A DNA stretch of 64,000 bases from Chthoniobacterales bacterium (GCA_051001855.1 JBPCMX010000006.1:35039-99038), one strand, 5' to 3'; counted from the first letter of the stretch, positions 10,413-20,077 are shown. Translations and numbers: made by a program. The notes: generated by a model not told the origin, from the letters alone.

Positions 10413-11189
10413 ATGAGTCAGATCGCCGAAAGAAAAACCAGTTTTGTCGCTCCCGCGGACGAAATGCCCATCCCAGGCAACTGCCTCCGCACCTCGAAAA
10501 AACCGCTCTCGGGCAGCGCGATGCCGCCCCTGGCGCGCACTCGCAGCGACGAGAGCCTCTTCGAGAAATTCGCGTGGCTTTATGTTTTCTTCCGGGAACG
10601 CTGCTTCCGGGATGACACCGACCGGATCGTCCGCACTCTCTGGGGCAACGGCCAGCCATCGCCCGACACACGCCTGATCGAGCTTGGCTGTGGCCCGGGA
10701 TTTTACGCCTGCCAACTGGCGGAGCGGTTCCCGCAGATTTCAGTGACCGGGGTGGACCGATCGGCGCGGCAACTCGAGTGGGCGCGCAAGAAAGCGCGAC
10801 AGGCGAACGTGCAAAACTGCCGCTTCGAAGCGGACAACGTGCTAGACCTTTCACACCCCGAGGAAAGCTTCGATATCATCCTGGCGGCGCGGCTTTTTAC
10901 CGTGCTGCCGAATCAGCCGCAGGCGATCGCGGAGATGCACCGCATTCTGCGGCCCGGCGGGCGTTGTTTAGTCGCGGAGCCACGTTACGCGTTCTGGGCT
11001 TCGCTCCCCTTACGTGCGATGTGGATCCTCGCGCGCACCACCGGCCTGAATAACGGCTACCGCGAACCAGGACAGGCAACCGTCCTCTCACGGTTGGCTT
11101 TTAAGAACCTATTTTCTTCGCAGCCATGGGCGCAGTTGAAAACGTGGTGCGACGGGCGGTACCAGTACGCGCTCTGCGAAAAGCGTTGA
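10413..11189 (+). CDS. class I SAM-dependent methyltransferase
   Basis: SAM motif I is LIELGCGPGFY, followed by VTGVDRS and a post-I acidic residue; ILRPGGRCLV corresponds to motif III. Start chosen at ATG 10413 (MSQIAERK); the track start at 10350 is TTG. Confidence 0.75.
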   Translation: MSQIAERKTSFVAPADEMPIPGNCLRTSKKPLSGSAMPPLARTRSDESLFEKFAWLYVFFRERCFRDDTDRIVRTLWGNGQPSPDTRLIELGCGPGFYACQLAERFPQISVTGVDRSARQLEWARKKARQANVQNCRFEADNVLDLSHPEESFDIILAARLFTVLPNQPQAIAEMHRILRPGGRCLVAEPRYAFWASLPLRAMWILARTTGLNNGYREPGQATVLSRLAFKNLFSSQPWAQLKTWCDGRYQYALCEKR

Positions 11190-11223
11190 CGCCCCCCGCC
11201 GTGCGACGCAGACAGCACGGCGC

Positions 11224-12012
11224 ATGAAATCCTTCCACCGCATCCTGGACCTCGCCGCGGGCCGCCAAGTGCCGGCAGGCCTGTGTGCTTTTGGCGTCAT
11301 GACGAAGGTGCCACGGGCAGGTCGCGTGAAGACTCGACTGACCCCACCGCTGACGCCGGAAGAAGCGGCAGTGTTAAACATCTGCTTTCTACAAGATACC
11401 ACGACGGCGATCCAGGGCGCAGCCGCTGCAGGACTGGCTCAGGGCGTGGGCGTCTATACGCCGGTGGGCGAGGAGAGTGCCTACGCCACAATCCTGCCAC
11501 AGGAGTTCGTTTTGATCCCGCAACGCGGCGACCTCTTCGGCGAACGCCTCACCCTCGCCACCGAGGATCTGCTGCGCGTCGGGTTCGATGCGGTGTGTCT
11601 GATTGACTCCGACAGCCCTACCGTCCCGCAGCAGGCTTACGCGGACGCCGCCCGGCTCCTTTCGCAACCCGGCGACCGCATCGTCTTTGGCCCATCCGAC
11701 GACGGCGGCTATTATCTCATCGGCATGAAAAAATTCCACCGCCGCCTGTTCCAGGAGATCGCCTGGAGCACCGAGCATGTTGCGGAGCAGACACTCGAGC
11801 GCGCGCACGAGCTCGGTCTTGCCGTGGTGCTGCTGCCGACGTGGTATGATGTGGACGATCGCAAGACACTCCAGCGCCTTGCCGACGAACTGCTTGGAGA
11901 AGCCTCGACCCAGAAGCGCGGCTACGTAGCACCGCAAACCCGCCAGTTTCTCGCGACACTGGTGGAAAGCGAGGGGCGGGGACGGATCTGGCCCGAGACC
12001 AAGTTCGCATGA
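11224..12012 (+). CDS. DUF2064 / TIGR04282-like glycosyltransferase
   Basis: VMTKVPRAGRVKTRLTPPLTPEEAA ... DSDSPTVP ... GPSDDGGYYLIGM ... WYDVDD is the characteristic DUF2064 motif series. The stop overlaps the next start (ATGA). Confidence 0.8.
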   Translation: MKSFHRILDLAAGRQVPAGLCAFGVMTKVPRAGRVKTRLTPPLTPEEAAVLNICFLQDTTTAIQGAAAAGLAQGVGVYTPVGEESAYATILPQEFVLIPQRGDLFGERLTLATEDLLRVGFDAVCLIDSDSPTVPQQAYADAARLLSQPGDRIVFGPSDDGGYYLIGMKKFHRRLFQEIAWSTEHVAEQTLERAHELGLAVVLLPTWYDVDDRKTLQRLADELLGEASTQKRGYVAPQTRQFLATLVESEGRGRIWPETKFA

Positions 12013-13148
12013 GCACAAATCGTCACGGCAAACGCGCACTCGTCACGGGCGGCGCTGGATTGATCGGCTCGCACCTCGTCGACCTGCTGGTGCGGGAAGG
12101 CTGGACGGTGCGGATCCTCGATAACCTCGAGCCAAACACACATAAACTCGGCAAGCCCGCGTGGGTGAATCGAGCGGCCGAATTCGTGGAAGGCGATCTG
12201 CGCGATCGCCCGACGATGGCGGCAGCGCTGCAGGCGATCGACGTCGTTTTTCACCAGGCGGCTTACGGCGGTTACATGCCGGAGATCGCGAAATACGTCG
12301 AGGTGAACTCGTTCGGCACCGCCCAGCTGCTGGAGATTATTCGAGAAGACAATCTGCCGATTCAGAAGATAGTCGTCGCCTCCTCGCAGGCGGTTTACAG
12401 CGAAGGCGCGGCGAATTGCCCGGAGCACGACCTCGTCTTTCCAAGGGTGCGCCCGGTGGAGCAACTCCGGGCGGGTGATTGGACGGTGCATTGCCCTATC
12501 TGCGACCAGCCGACCACCAGCGTTCCGACTCCGGAAAACGCGCCGGTCGGCGGCGAAACGGTTTATGGTCTAACGAAGGTCGACCAGGAGAAGCTGGTGC
12601 TGCTCTGGGGCAAGCAAGCCGGGGTGCCAACGGTGGCGCTGCGTTATTCCTGCACGTTTGGTCCCCGCCAGTCCATCTTCAATCCCTACACCGGCGTGAT
12701 CGCGATCTTCTGCACCCGCTTACTGAACGATCTGCCGCCCGTGCTTTATGAAGATGGAGAGCAGACGCGTGATTTTTCATTCGTGGAAGACATCGCCCGC
12801 GCCAATCTCCTCGCCGCCACGACGGATAAACTCGACGGCCTGCCGGTAAATGTTGGGAGCGGAAAAGGTGTGACGATTCGCGAAGTCGCGGAGCAAATCT
12901 CGGAGGTGCTCGGCATCCGCATCGCGCCCGAGGCGAAGGGCGAATTCCGCCCTGGCGAAATGCGGCATCTCACCAGCGGCACCGATCGCATTCGCGCGGC
13001 CGGCTACCAACCGCAGGTCGACCTCGCCGCCGGCATCGGTCGTTACATCGATTGGATCCGGGGTCAGGCCGACGTGAAGGATTACTTCAGCGAAGCCGCC
13101 GATATCCTGCGCAGAAAAGGCATCGTCCACCGCGTCGCGCAAGGCTGA
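12009..13148 (+). CDS. NAD-dependent epimerase/dehydratase (extended SDR) with Cys/His-rich insertion
   Basis: KRALVTGGAGLIGSHLVDLL (a TGGAGFIG-type motif) and a YGLTK catalytic YxxxK. An inserted segment CPEH...CPICDQP looks like a zinc-binding knuckle. Confidence 0.82.
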   Translation: MSTNRHGKRALVTGGAGLIGSHLVDLLVREGWTVRILDNLEPNTHKLGKPAWVNRAAEFVEGDLRDRPTMAAALQAIDVVFHQAAYGGYMPEIAKYVEVNSFGTAQLLEIIREDNLPIQKIVVASSQAVYSEGAANCPEHDLVFPRVRPVEQLRAGDWTVHCPICDQPTTSVPTPENAPVGGETVYGLTKVDQEKLVLLWGKQAGVPTVALRYSCTFGPRQSIFNPYTGVIAIFCTRLLNDLPPVLYEDGEQTRDFSFVEDIARANLLAATTDKLDGLPVNVGSGKGVTIREVAEQISEVLGIRIAPEAKGEFRPGEMRHLTSGTDRIRAAGYQPQVDLAAGIGRYIDWIRGQADVKDYFSEAADILRRKGIVHRVAQG

Positions 13149-14155
13149 TGATCGATCCGGCTGGCATTCCGGATTTCGACGAATCGATCGCGGCGCATGC
13201 GCGCAAAGACCAGCCACTCCTGAACGCCGGGATCACGGTGCAGGAGGCGCTCGACCAGATTCGCCGTGAAGGCGTCGGCGAGCGCGTGATCTATTTCTAC
13301 GCGGTGGACGATGAACGCCGGCTGCAAGGGGTGTTGCCGACGCGCCGGCTGCTCACCGCGCCGCCGGAGACGCGGCTGCGCGAGATCCTCATCAGCCGCG
13401 TCGTGGCCTTGCCGGAGACCGCGACGGTCATGGAAGCATGCGAGTTTTTCGTGCTCTACAAATTTCTTGCCTTCCCTGTGGTCGATCGCGAGCGGCGCGT
13501 TGTCGGCGTGGTAGATGTGAGTCTTTTCCGCCAGGAACTGCTGGAGGCGGGTGAACACGACGAAGCCACGCGTCCGCCGACAGACGACTTGTTCGAGGCG
13601 CTCGGCTTCCGCATTTCGGAAATCCGCGGCGCTTCCCCATGGCGCGTCTTTCGCTATCGCTTCCCATGGCTGCTCGCGACCGTCGGCAGCGGGACGATCT
13701 GCGCACTTCTGGCGGGGGCTTTCGAGGCGACACTCGCCGGCAGCGTGGTCATTGCGTTCTTCCTCACGATGGTGCTCGGTCTGAACGAAAGCGTCAGCAT
13801 GCAATCGATGACAGTCACAATCCAGGCGCTGCGCACCACGACGGTGACGAAGCGGTGGTTCTGGGGAACGTTCCGCCGGGAAGCCGCGACCGCGGCGTTG
13901 CTGGGAGGGAGCTGCGGGGTGGTCGTCTGCGCGATTGTGTATGTGTGGCGTGGGGAACTCGTGGCGGCGCTCGCGATTGGCAGCAGCATCGCCTTGTCGC
14001 TCGTGACGGCATGTCTGTTCGGCCTCAGCATCCCGTCGGTCTTGCACCTCTTGAAACTGGATCCCAAAATTGCCGCCGGGCCCGTCGCGCTCGCGTTCAC
14101 GGACTTCTTCGCGCTCACCTTCTACTTCGGCATTGCCGCGCTCGTGCTCCGATGA
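13148..14155 (+). CDS. MgtE-like divalent cation transporter (CBS pair plus MgtE membrane domain, no MgtE_N domain)
   Basis: True start is the ATG at 13148 (TGATG overlap with the epimerase stop). It has a CBS-like region (VVALPETATVMEACEFF...FPVVDRERRVVGVVDV) and then five hydrophobic helices with the MgtE-like GLNESVSMQSMTVTIQAL. Confidence 0.75.
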   Translation: MIDPAGIPDFDESIAAHARKDQPLLNAGITVQEALDQIRREGVGERVIYFYAVDDERRLQGVLPTRRLLTAPPETRLREILISRVVALPETATVMEACEFFVLYKFLAFPVVDRERRVVGVVDVSLFRQELLEAGEHDEATRPPTDDLFEALGFRISEIRGASPWRVFRYRFPWLLATVGSGTICALLAGAFEATLAGSVVIAFFLTMVLGLNESVSMQSMTVTIQALRTTTVTKRWFWGTFRREAATAALLGGSCGVVVCAIVYVWRGELVAALAIGSSIALSLVTACLFGLSIPSVLHLLKLDPKIAAGPVALAFTDFFALTFYFGIAALVLR

Positions 14156-14841
14156 ATGTCTCCGTTGTCATTCCGGCGCTGGATGAAGAAGAGCCCATCG
14201 CCGAGGTGGTGCGCGGTTGTCTCGCGACTGGTCTGCCCGCGGAAGTGATCGTGGTCGATAACGGCAGCACCGATCGCACCGCAGAACGCGCTCAGGCCGC
14301 GGGAGCACGCGTCGTCGAGGCCCCGCGCGGTTACGGTAAGGCTTGTGCCGCGGGAGTTGCGGCCGTCTCGCCGGATTGCGACATGATCGTTTTTCTCGAT
14401 GGAGACGGAAGCGATTGTCCGGAGCTGATGAAGCAACTCGTTAGGCCGATCGCGGCGGGCGAACAGGATTTCGTGATCGGCTCCCGCACGCGCGGCGAGC
14501 GCGAGCCGGGCAGCATGAACGCGCAGCAGATCTTCGCGGGTTATCTGGCTGGTTGGCTGATCCGGCCGCTCTACGGCGTGAAATACACGGACATGTGCCC
14601 ATTCCGCGCCATCCGTCGCGAAGCGCTGATGAAACTCGGGATGAAAGAGCAAACCTACGGCTGGAACCTCGAGATGCAGATGCGCGCCGCGCGCGCCGGG
14701 CTGCGCGTCCTCGAGGTGCCGGTAAACCATCGCTGCCGGACGGGCGGTGAATCAAAGGTGTCTGGCACGCTCCGCGGCACCTTTGTCGCCGGCACTCGCA
14801 TCCTCGCGACGCTCTTTCGCGTCGCGCTAGAGCGACGGTAA
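14152..14841 (+). CDS. family 2 glycosyltransferase
   Basis: MNVSVVIPALDEEEPIAEVV...VIVVDNGSTDRT...FLDGDGSD (the DxD region). The ATG at 14152 overlaps the MgtE-like stop (ATGA). The track ORF starting at 13639 is an over-extension. Confidence 0.85.
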   Translation: MNVSVVIPALDEEEPIAEVVRGCLATGLPAEVIVVDNGSTDRTAERAQAAGARVVEAPRGYGKACAAGVAAVSPDCDMIVFLDGDGSDCPELMKQLVRPIAAGEQDFVIGSRTRGEREPGSMNAQQIFAGYLAGWLIRPLYGVKYTDMCPFRAIRREALMKLGMKEQTYGWNLEMQMRAARAGLRVLEVPVNHRCRTGGESKVSGTLRGTFVAGTRILATLFRVALERR

Positions 14842-15471
14842 CGCGGCCTGAAAGATCAAAAAATAATCGAGGTCGTCCGACTTCACGAAATCGTGCTGCG
14901 CCACGAGCGTGAAGCCCGCTTCCAACGCCTCTTTGATCACGACATCCGCGTTCAAGCCGTGATCAGTACCGACGCCGTTGCGATCGATGATCGCCAGCCG
15001 GGCGCCTGGTCGCATCGCCTCGCGCACGTGGCGCAGTAACGCCATGGGCTGCTGCACCTCGTGATAAGTCTTCAATAACATGACCGCATCCACGCTTGCC
15101 TTTGCGAGCAGTGGGTTGCCCGGCCGGCCCAGAATGGTCCGGATGTTCGCCAGCTTTTCCGTGGTCGCCCGGCGTTTGATGTAGCGCAGGTAGGCGGGGT
15201 TAATTTCGACGGCGTAAACCGCACCGGTTTTTCCCACCCGCCGTGCAGCGCGCACACTGAACCACCCCGAGCCCGCTCCGATATCCGCGACGCGAGAGCC
15301 TGCGGTGATGCCTAACAAGTCCATCACTCGATCCGTCTGCAGCTTCGCATCCCGGTCCGGTTTCTCGAAAATCGCGAGATCGCCCGCGTAGGGGTCGCTC
15401 GTTCCGCGTGGCGCCGGTTGCGCGAGCGCACTGCCGGCGAGAAGGACAGCTGCGAGAAAACGAAAACGCAT
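14827..15471 (-). CDS. exported class I SAM-dependent methyltransferase
   Basis: Start trimmed to MRFRFLAAVLLAGSALAQPA (signal peptide). SAM motif I is VADIGAGSGWFS, followed by VYAVEIN. Confidence 0.75.
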   Translation of the reverse strand: MRFRFLAAVLLAGSALAQPAPRGTSDPYAGDLAIFEKPDRDAKLQTDRVMDLLGITAGSRVADIGAGSGWFSVRAARRVGKTGAVYAVEINPAYLRYIKRRATTEKLANIRTILGRPGNPLLAKASVDAVMLLKTYHEVQQPMALLRHVREAMRPGARLAIIDRNGVGTDHGLNADVVIKEALEAGFTLVAQHDFVKSDDLDYFLIFQAALPSL

Positions 15472-15534
15472 GACGGGAAGAGCTTGCTGCCGAAAAAGGT
15501 GGGAATAAAGCGGCCGATCGGATTTTCTCATGGC

Positions 15535-17091
15535 GTGCCTGGATCGTATTCAACTTCGAAACGCCTCGCCGCCGGAGCTGGCGCGGGAATTCTCGCGGCG
15601 TTGGTCATGACCACGGCGATGCTGTTGCTCGCGAAGATCTTCGGGATCGCGACGCCGCTCACCCTTCTCGGCGACCGGCTCTCGGTCTTCTTCAACGTCG
15701 AGCAGTTCCTCGCCCTGATGGGGCGGGTGGGCGGCTACAATCACATGAAGCAGCTCGGTGTCAGCTCGGTCATCGGCGGCCAAATCGTGCTCGGCGCGGT
15801 GGGCGGAATGGTTTACGGCAAGGTCGCCCCGCGTGGCCGGTGGTTTGCGATCGGTTTCTTCATCCTTTTACCATTGCTGGCGGTCGCGGGAGCGCTCTGG
15901 CCGGTCCTGGGAACGCATTACGGCGGGCTGCCGATCCGCAACGCCACGATCGGGACCTTGCTTGGTTTGCTCGTTTCATTTGTCGCCTTCGAGCGGACGC
16001 TGGTGCTTAGCTTCGCCGGCCTCTTCGCCCGCCCACGCTCCGTCCCTGCAGAGCTGGAATATTCGCCACCGCTCGGGCGTCGGGCGCTCATTCTCGGCGG
16101 TCTCGGATTGCTCGTGGCGGGCGGCAGCGCGCGCCTCCTGCAAAAGCTCTACCGCGCCGCCACCTTCAGCTATGACGGCCTGCAATATCACAGTCCGGAT
16201 GTGCAACCGATCACGCCGAACGATCAATTTTATTGCGTGACGAAGAACGTCGTCGATCCCGTGGTGGATGAGAAACTCTGGCGCCTCGAGGTGACGGGAC
16301 TGGTGAAAAACAGGCAGCGCTACAAGATCGAGCGGCTGAAAGGCCTCGCCGCGATCACGCAGGAGACGACACTGATGTGCATCAGCAATGGAATTGGCGC
16401 GGGTTTGATCAGCAACGCGAATTGGACCGGTGTCCAGCTGCGGACGTTGCTCGAAGCGGCGGGTCCGTTGCCGGCGGCGCGGAAAGTGAAGCTGCACGGC
16501 GTCGACAATTACACCGATACCATCACGCTCGAGAAAGCACTCGATCCGGCGACGCTGATTGCGTTTGCGATGAACGGCGAGCCGCTCCCGCAGCGGCACG
16601 GTTTTCCGGCGCGCGTGGTGGTGCCCGGCTACTTCGGCGAAAAGCACGTGAAGTGGATCACGCGAATCGAGTTGGCGGACGAGAGCGCGGCCGGCTTCTA
16701 CGAGAAGCAGGGCTGGGGACCCGATTTCAAGGTGCCGATCCGTTCGCGCATCGACCAGCCGTATTCGGAGCAGTGGTTCTCGTTAGGCCAACTCAGCGGC
16801 GAGCCGGCGGTGGCGAAAGGGATCGCGTTTGGTGGCGATCGCGGCGTTTCGCGGGTGGAGGTGAGCGCCGATGACGGTGCGACCTGGCAGGAGGCGCGGT
16901 TGGATTATCCCGGCACGTTGTTGACATGGGCGCTCTGGAGTTATGAATGGCGACCGCCTGCGGAAGGCGATCACATGCTCGTGGCGCGGGCGACGAATCG
17001 CGACGGCGTTTTGCAGACGTGGAATCCGGAGCGGCCGTTCAAGTCAGGCCCGACCGGTTTTCACAAGGTGCCGGTGCACGTCAGCGCATAG
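15535..17091 (+). CDS. sulfite-oxidase-family molybdopterin oxidoreductase fused to an N-terminal polytopic membrane domain
   Basis: The C-terminal half has TTLMCISNGIG, NWTGVQLRTLLE and GFPARVVVPGYFGEKHVKWITRIEL (Moco-binding fold). The N-terminal ~200 aa contain several hydrophobic helices. Start is ambiguous: GTG 15535 or ATG 15607. The track start at 15418 would overlap the divergent gene. Confidence 0.8.
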   Translation: MPGSYSTSKRLAAGAGAGILAALVMTTAMLLLAKIFGIATPLTLLGDRLSVFFNVEQFLALMGRVGGYNHMKQLGVSSVIGGQIVLGAVGGMVYGKVAPRGRWFAIGFFILLPLLAVAGALWPVLGTHYGGLPIRNATIGTLLGLLVSFVAFERTLVLSFAGLFARPRSVPAELEYSPPLGRRALILGGLGLLVAGGSARLLQKLYRAATFSYDGLQYHSPDVQPITPNDQFYCVTKNVVDPVVDEKLWRLEVTGLVKNRQRYKIERLKGLAAITQETTLMCISNGIGAGLISNANWTGVQLRTLLEAAGPLPAARKVKLHGVDNYTDTITLEKALDPATLIAFAMNGEPLPQRHGFPARVVVPGYFGEKHVKWITRIELADESAAGFYEKQGWGPDFKVPIRSRIDQPYSEQWFSLGQLSGEPAVAKGIAFGGDRGVSRVEVSADDGATWQEARLDYPGTLLTWALWSYEWRPPAEGDHMLVARATNRDGVLQTWNPERPFKSGPTGFHKVPVHVSA

Positions 17092-17109
17092 GCGGCGCGC
17101 TGCTGCACT

Positions 17110-17913
17110 TCAGCGCAGAGCCGGCTGGCAAGCGGGACACCAGGCGGCGGTGCGGCCGCCGATCGTGGCGCGCGACAGCGGAGCGCCGTCACGCGGGCAG
17201 GTGCCTCCTGATTTCCAGCGCTGATGAATGAGCCACGTCTGCGGCGGATCGGCGAAGTCGTGGCCGATGATGTGCAGCGCAACGCGCGAAACAAAGCGCG
17301 TCGCGCGGCGGAGCGTTGCTTGCTCCGTGGCACCCAATTCGCCGGCACGGGTGGCGGGTGCGATCCGCGCGCGCCAGAGAATCTCATCCGCCATCCAGTT
17401 ACCCACACCGGGAAAACCGCGCTGCAGCAGGATGACCGCTTTGATCGGGGCACGGCCGTAGCGCCGCAGAAAGTCGGCCACAAACGCGCTCGTAAAATCA
17501 GCCGAGTTGATCTCCGGCGCCGCAGCGCTCCACCAGTCTGGCTCAGATTTGCCAAGGTGAAATTTAACACGCCCGAAAAGACGCGGATCGCGAAAGACGA
17601 GAGTTCGCTTCGACAGTCGCAAGACGAGATGATCGTGCTTCTCCGGCCGAAAACCTGCCGGCTCCTCGCGCAACTTCCCGCTCATCCCGAGGTGCAGGCC
17701 GAGCCAACCGCCGCCGGAAAACACAAACAACATCTGCTTTCCGCGGGCGCTGGAACGCAACAACCGGTTGCCGGTCAGGACCCGCACCAGGGCGCGCGTG
17801 TCGCTGCCGCGGAAGATCCGCTTGCGCGCGTGCAGTTGGACGGCGGTCACGCGCGCGCCGATGCCGCCGTCCCATTGACGCCGGTAGTATTCGACCTCGG
17901 CCAGCTCCGGCAT
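17110..17913 (-). CDS. mutM: formamidopyrimidine-DNA glycosylase
   Basis: MPELAEVE N-terminus (catalytic Pro2/Glu3) and a C-terminal zinc finger CPRDGAPL...CPACQ. Confidence 0.92.
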   Translation of the reverse strand: MPELAEVEYYRRQWDGGIGARVTAVQLHARKRIFRGSDTRALVRVLTGNRLLRSSARGKQMLFVFSGGGWLGLHLGMSGKLREEPAGFRPEKHDHLVLRLSKRTLVFRDPRLFGRVKFHLGKSEPDWWSAAAPEINSADFTSAFVADFLRRYGRAPIKAVILLQRGFPGVGNWMADEILWRARIAPATRAGELGATEQATLRRATRFVSRVALHIIGHDFADPPQTWLIHQRWKSGGTCPRDGAPLSRATIGGRTAAWCPACQPALR

Positions 17914-17972
17914 ACGGCTACGCTACACCTGCCGGCGTTGTCGCGCGCCTGCCCCGCATGCTACCGTCGCGC

Positions 17973-18896
17973 ATGGAGAAGGTGATCATCGTGGGCAGCG
18001 GTTGCGCGGGACTGACGGCGGCGATCTACGCCGCGCGCGCGAACCTGAGCCCGCTCGTGCTCGAGGGGAGCCATCCCGGCGGCCAGCTCGCCACTACCAC
18101 CCTGGTGGAAAATTTTCCTGGATTCCCCGAAGGCATCGAAGGGCCGCAGTTGATCATAAACATGCACGCGCAGGCGGAGAAATTCGGCGCTCGTTTCTCG
18201 TATTCCGAGGTCTGCGATTTCGCAATCCGCGAGGATCATGTCCGGCTGCTCGCGGATGAGGAATGGCTCGAGACGCGCTCTTTGATCGTGGCGAGCGGCG
18301 CCTCGGCCCGCTGGCTCGGGCTGGAGAACGAGGAGAAGCTGATCGGTCACGGCCTCACGAGTTGCGCGACGTGCGACGGCGCGTTTTATCGCAACGTGCC
18401 GGTCTGCGTGATCGGCGGAGGTGATTCGGCCGCGGAAGAAGCCCTCTTCCTAACCCGCTTCGCGTCGAAGGTTTACCTGATCCATCGGCGCGACAAACTC
18501 CGGGCGTCGAAGATCATGGCGGATCGGGTGCTGGCTTGTGAGAGCATCGAGCCGATCTGGAACACGACGATCACGCAGTACATTCCGGACGAGAAAGGCG
18601 AGATGTCATCGGTGAAGCTGTGGAATCTCGAGACACATGAGGAGACGGTTCTGCCAGTGGCGTGCGTTTTTGTGGCCATCGGACACGACCCGAATACGAA
18701 AGCGTTCCGCGGAAAACTCGAGACCGATCCCGACGGTTATCTGATCGCGAAGCACCTCGCGGAGAGCAAACATCCGGGCGTCTTCATTGCCGGCGACGTG
18801 GCCGATCGCGTCTACCGGCAGGCGATCACGGCGGCAGGATCGGGCTGTGCCGCCGCGATCGAGGCCGAGAAATACCTGAGCGGGCTCGAACACTGA
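17973..18896 (+). CDS. trxB: thioredoxin-disulfide reductase
   Basis: MEKVIIVGSGCAGLTAAIYAARA (FAD motif), redox-active CATCDG, NADPH motif GGGDSAAEEA, and C-terminal GVFIAGDV. Confidence 0.93.
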   Translation: MEKVIIVGSGCAGLTAAIYAARANLSPLVLEGSHPGGQLATTTLVENFPGFPEGIEGPQLIINMHAQAEKFGARFSYSEVCDFAIREDHVRLLADEEWLETRSLIVASGASARWLGLENEEKLIGHGLTSCATCDGAFYRNVPVCVIGGGDSAAEEALFLTRFASKVYLIHRRDKLRASKIMADRVLACESIEPIWNTTITQYIPDEKGEMSSVKLWNLETHEETVLPVACVFVAIGHDPNTKAFRGKLETDPDGYLIAKHLAESKHPGVFIAGDVADRVYRQAITAAGSGCAAAIEAEKYLSGLEH

Positions 18897-20077
18897 AAAT
18901 CTGCGACGTCACGCAGTTCTACGCCCCGCGCAGCGGTGGAGTGAAGCGTTATGTGCACGAGAAGATCGGCTACATCCAGGAGCATTCGCCGCAGGACGAG
19001 CACGTGCTCATTGTGCCGGGTGCGCGAACGGAAGTGACGCATGGCGACCGCTCGCGGGTTTACTCGATCGCGGGGCCGCTCGTCTCACGGAGCACGCGGT
19101 ACCGCGCGCTCCTCGACCTGCGCGCGCTCGAGGAGATCATTGAACGCGAACAGCCGGATCTCATAGAATCGGCCGATCCGTATCAGCTTGGCTGGGCGGT
19201 GGCAGGAATCAGCCGGCGGCGTCGCATTCCCGCCGTCGCTTATTATCACTCGGATTTCGCAGAGGCTTATCTGCGCCGTCCCGCGCAACGATTGGGTGAA
19301 CGTTTCGCGGCTGCTGCGATGCAAAAGGCGCAGAGCTACCGCCGTGCTCTCTACAATCGATTCGAGGTCACGCTGGTCTCTTCCGAGACGCTCGCTCAGC
19401 AGCTTCGCCGGAGCGGGGTGCGGCGCGTCACTACGGTCGGGCTTGGCGTGAATCTCGCGGTATTCCGCCCGGAGCCGGATGACGCCAGCGCCACGCGCAG
19501 CGCCTGGGAGATTCCCGCCGACCGGATGGTGTTGCTCTACGTTGGCCGCCTCGCGCCCGAGAAGAATGTCAGGACGCTTTTTGCCGGATTTTCGCTCCTA
19601 GCGCGCCGCCGGCCCGGCGATTTCCAGCTCGTGGTGGTAGGCGACGGCCAGCAACGGGACGAGTTGCGCGCGCTGCAAGCGGCGACCGGAGCGGTGACGG
19701 TGCTGCCCTACTGCGGCGACTCCCTGGAACTGGCGCGACTTTACCGAGCCGCCGATATTTTCGTGCATCCCGGGACGCAGGAGACATTTGGGCTGGTGGC
19801 GCTGGAGAGTCAGGCCTGCGGCACTCCAGTGGTCGGGATCCGCGGGAGCGCGCTGGATCGCATTATCCTGCATGAGCAATCGGCGTGGGCGGACGAAAAC
19901 ACACCAGAGGCACTGGCGCACGCGATCGAGCAATGCAGCGTTTGTGATCTCCGATCGCTCGGCGGAGTGGCGACTGCGGCCGTGGCAGAGCGCTTCGCCT
20001 GGCCGCGCATCTTTGACCGGCTCTTTTGCATTTACCGCGAGGTCTGCGCAGGCTACAGGAGGGGCGCAGCCGGATGA
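18893..20077 (+). CDS. GT-B fold glycosyltransferase (family 4/1-like)
   Basis: N-terminus LKICDVTQFYAPRSGGVKRYV and a C-terminal EGFGLV-type motif (QETFGLVALESQACGTPVVG). No ATG/GTG/TTG lies between the conserved N-terminus and the trxB coding region, so the start is assigned to CTG 18893, which overlaps the trxB stop. Start uncertain. Confidence 0.75.
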   Translation: MKICDVTQFYAPRSGGVKRYVHEKIGYIQEHSPQDEHVLIVPGARTEVTHGDRSRVYSIAGPLVSRSTRYRALLDLRALEEIIEREQPDLIESADPYQLGWAVAGISRRRRIPAVAYYHSDFAEAYLRRPAQRLGERFAAAAMQKAQSYRRALYNRFEVTLVSSETLAQQLRRSGVRRVTTVGLGVNLAVFRPEPDDASATRSAWEIPADRMVLLYVGRLAPEKNVRTLFAGFSLLARRRPGDFQLVVVGDGQQRDELRALQAATGAVTVLPYCGDSLELARLYRAADIFVHPGTQETFGLVALESQACGTPVVGIRGSALDRIILHEQSAWADENTPEALAHAIEQCSVCDLRSLGGVATAAVAERFAWPRIFDRLFCIYREVCAGYRRGAAG

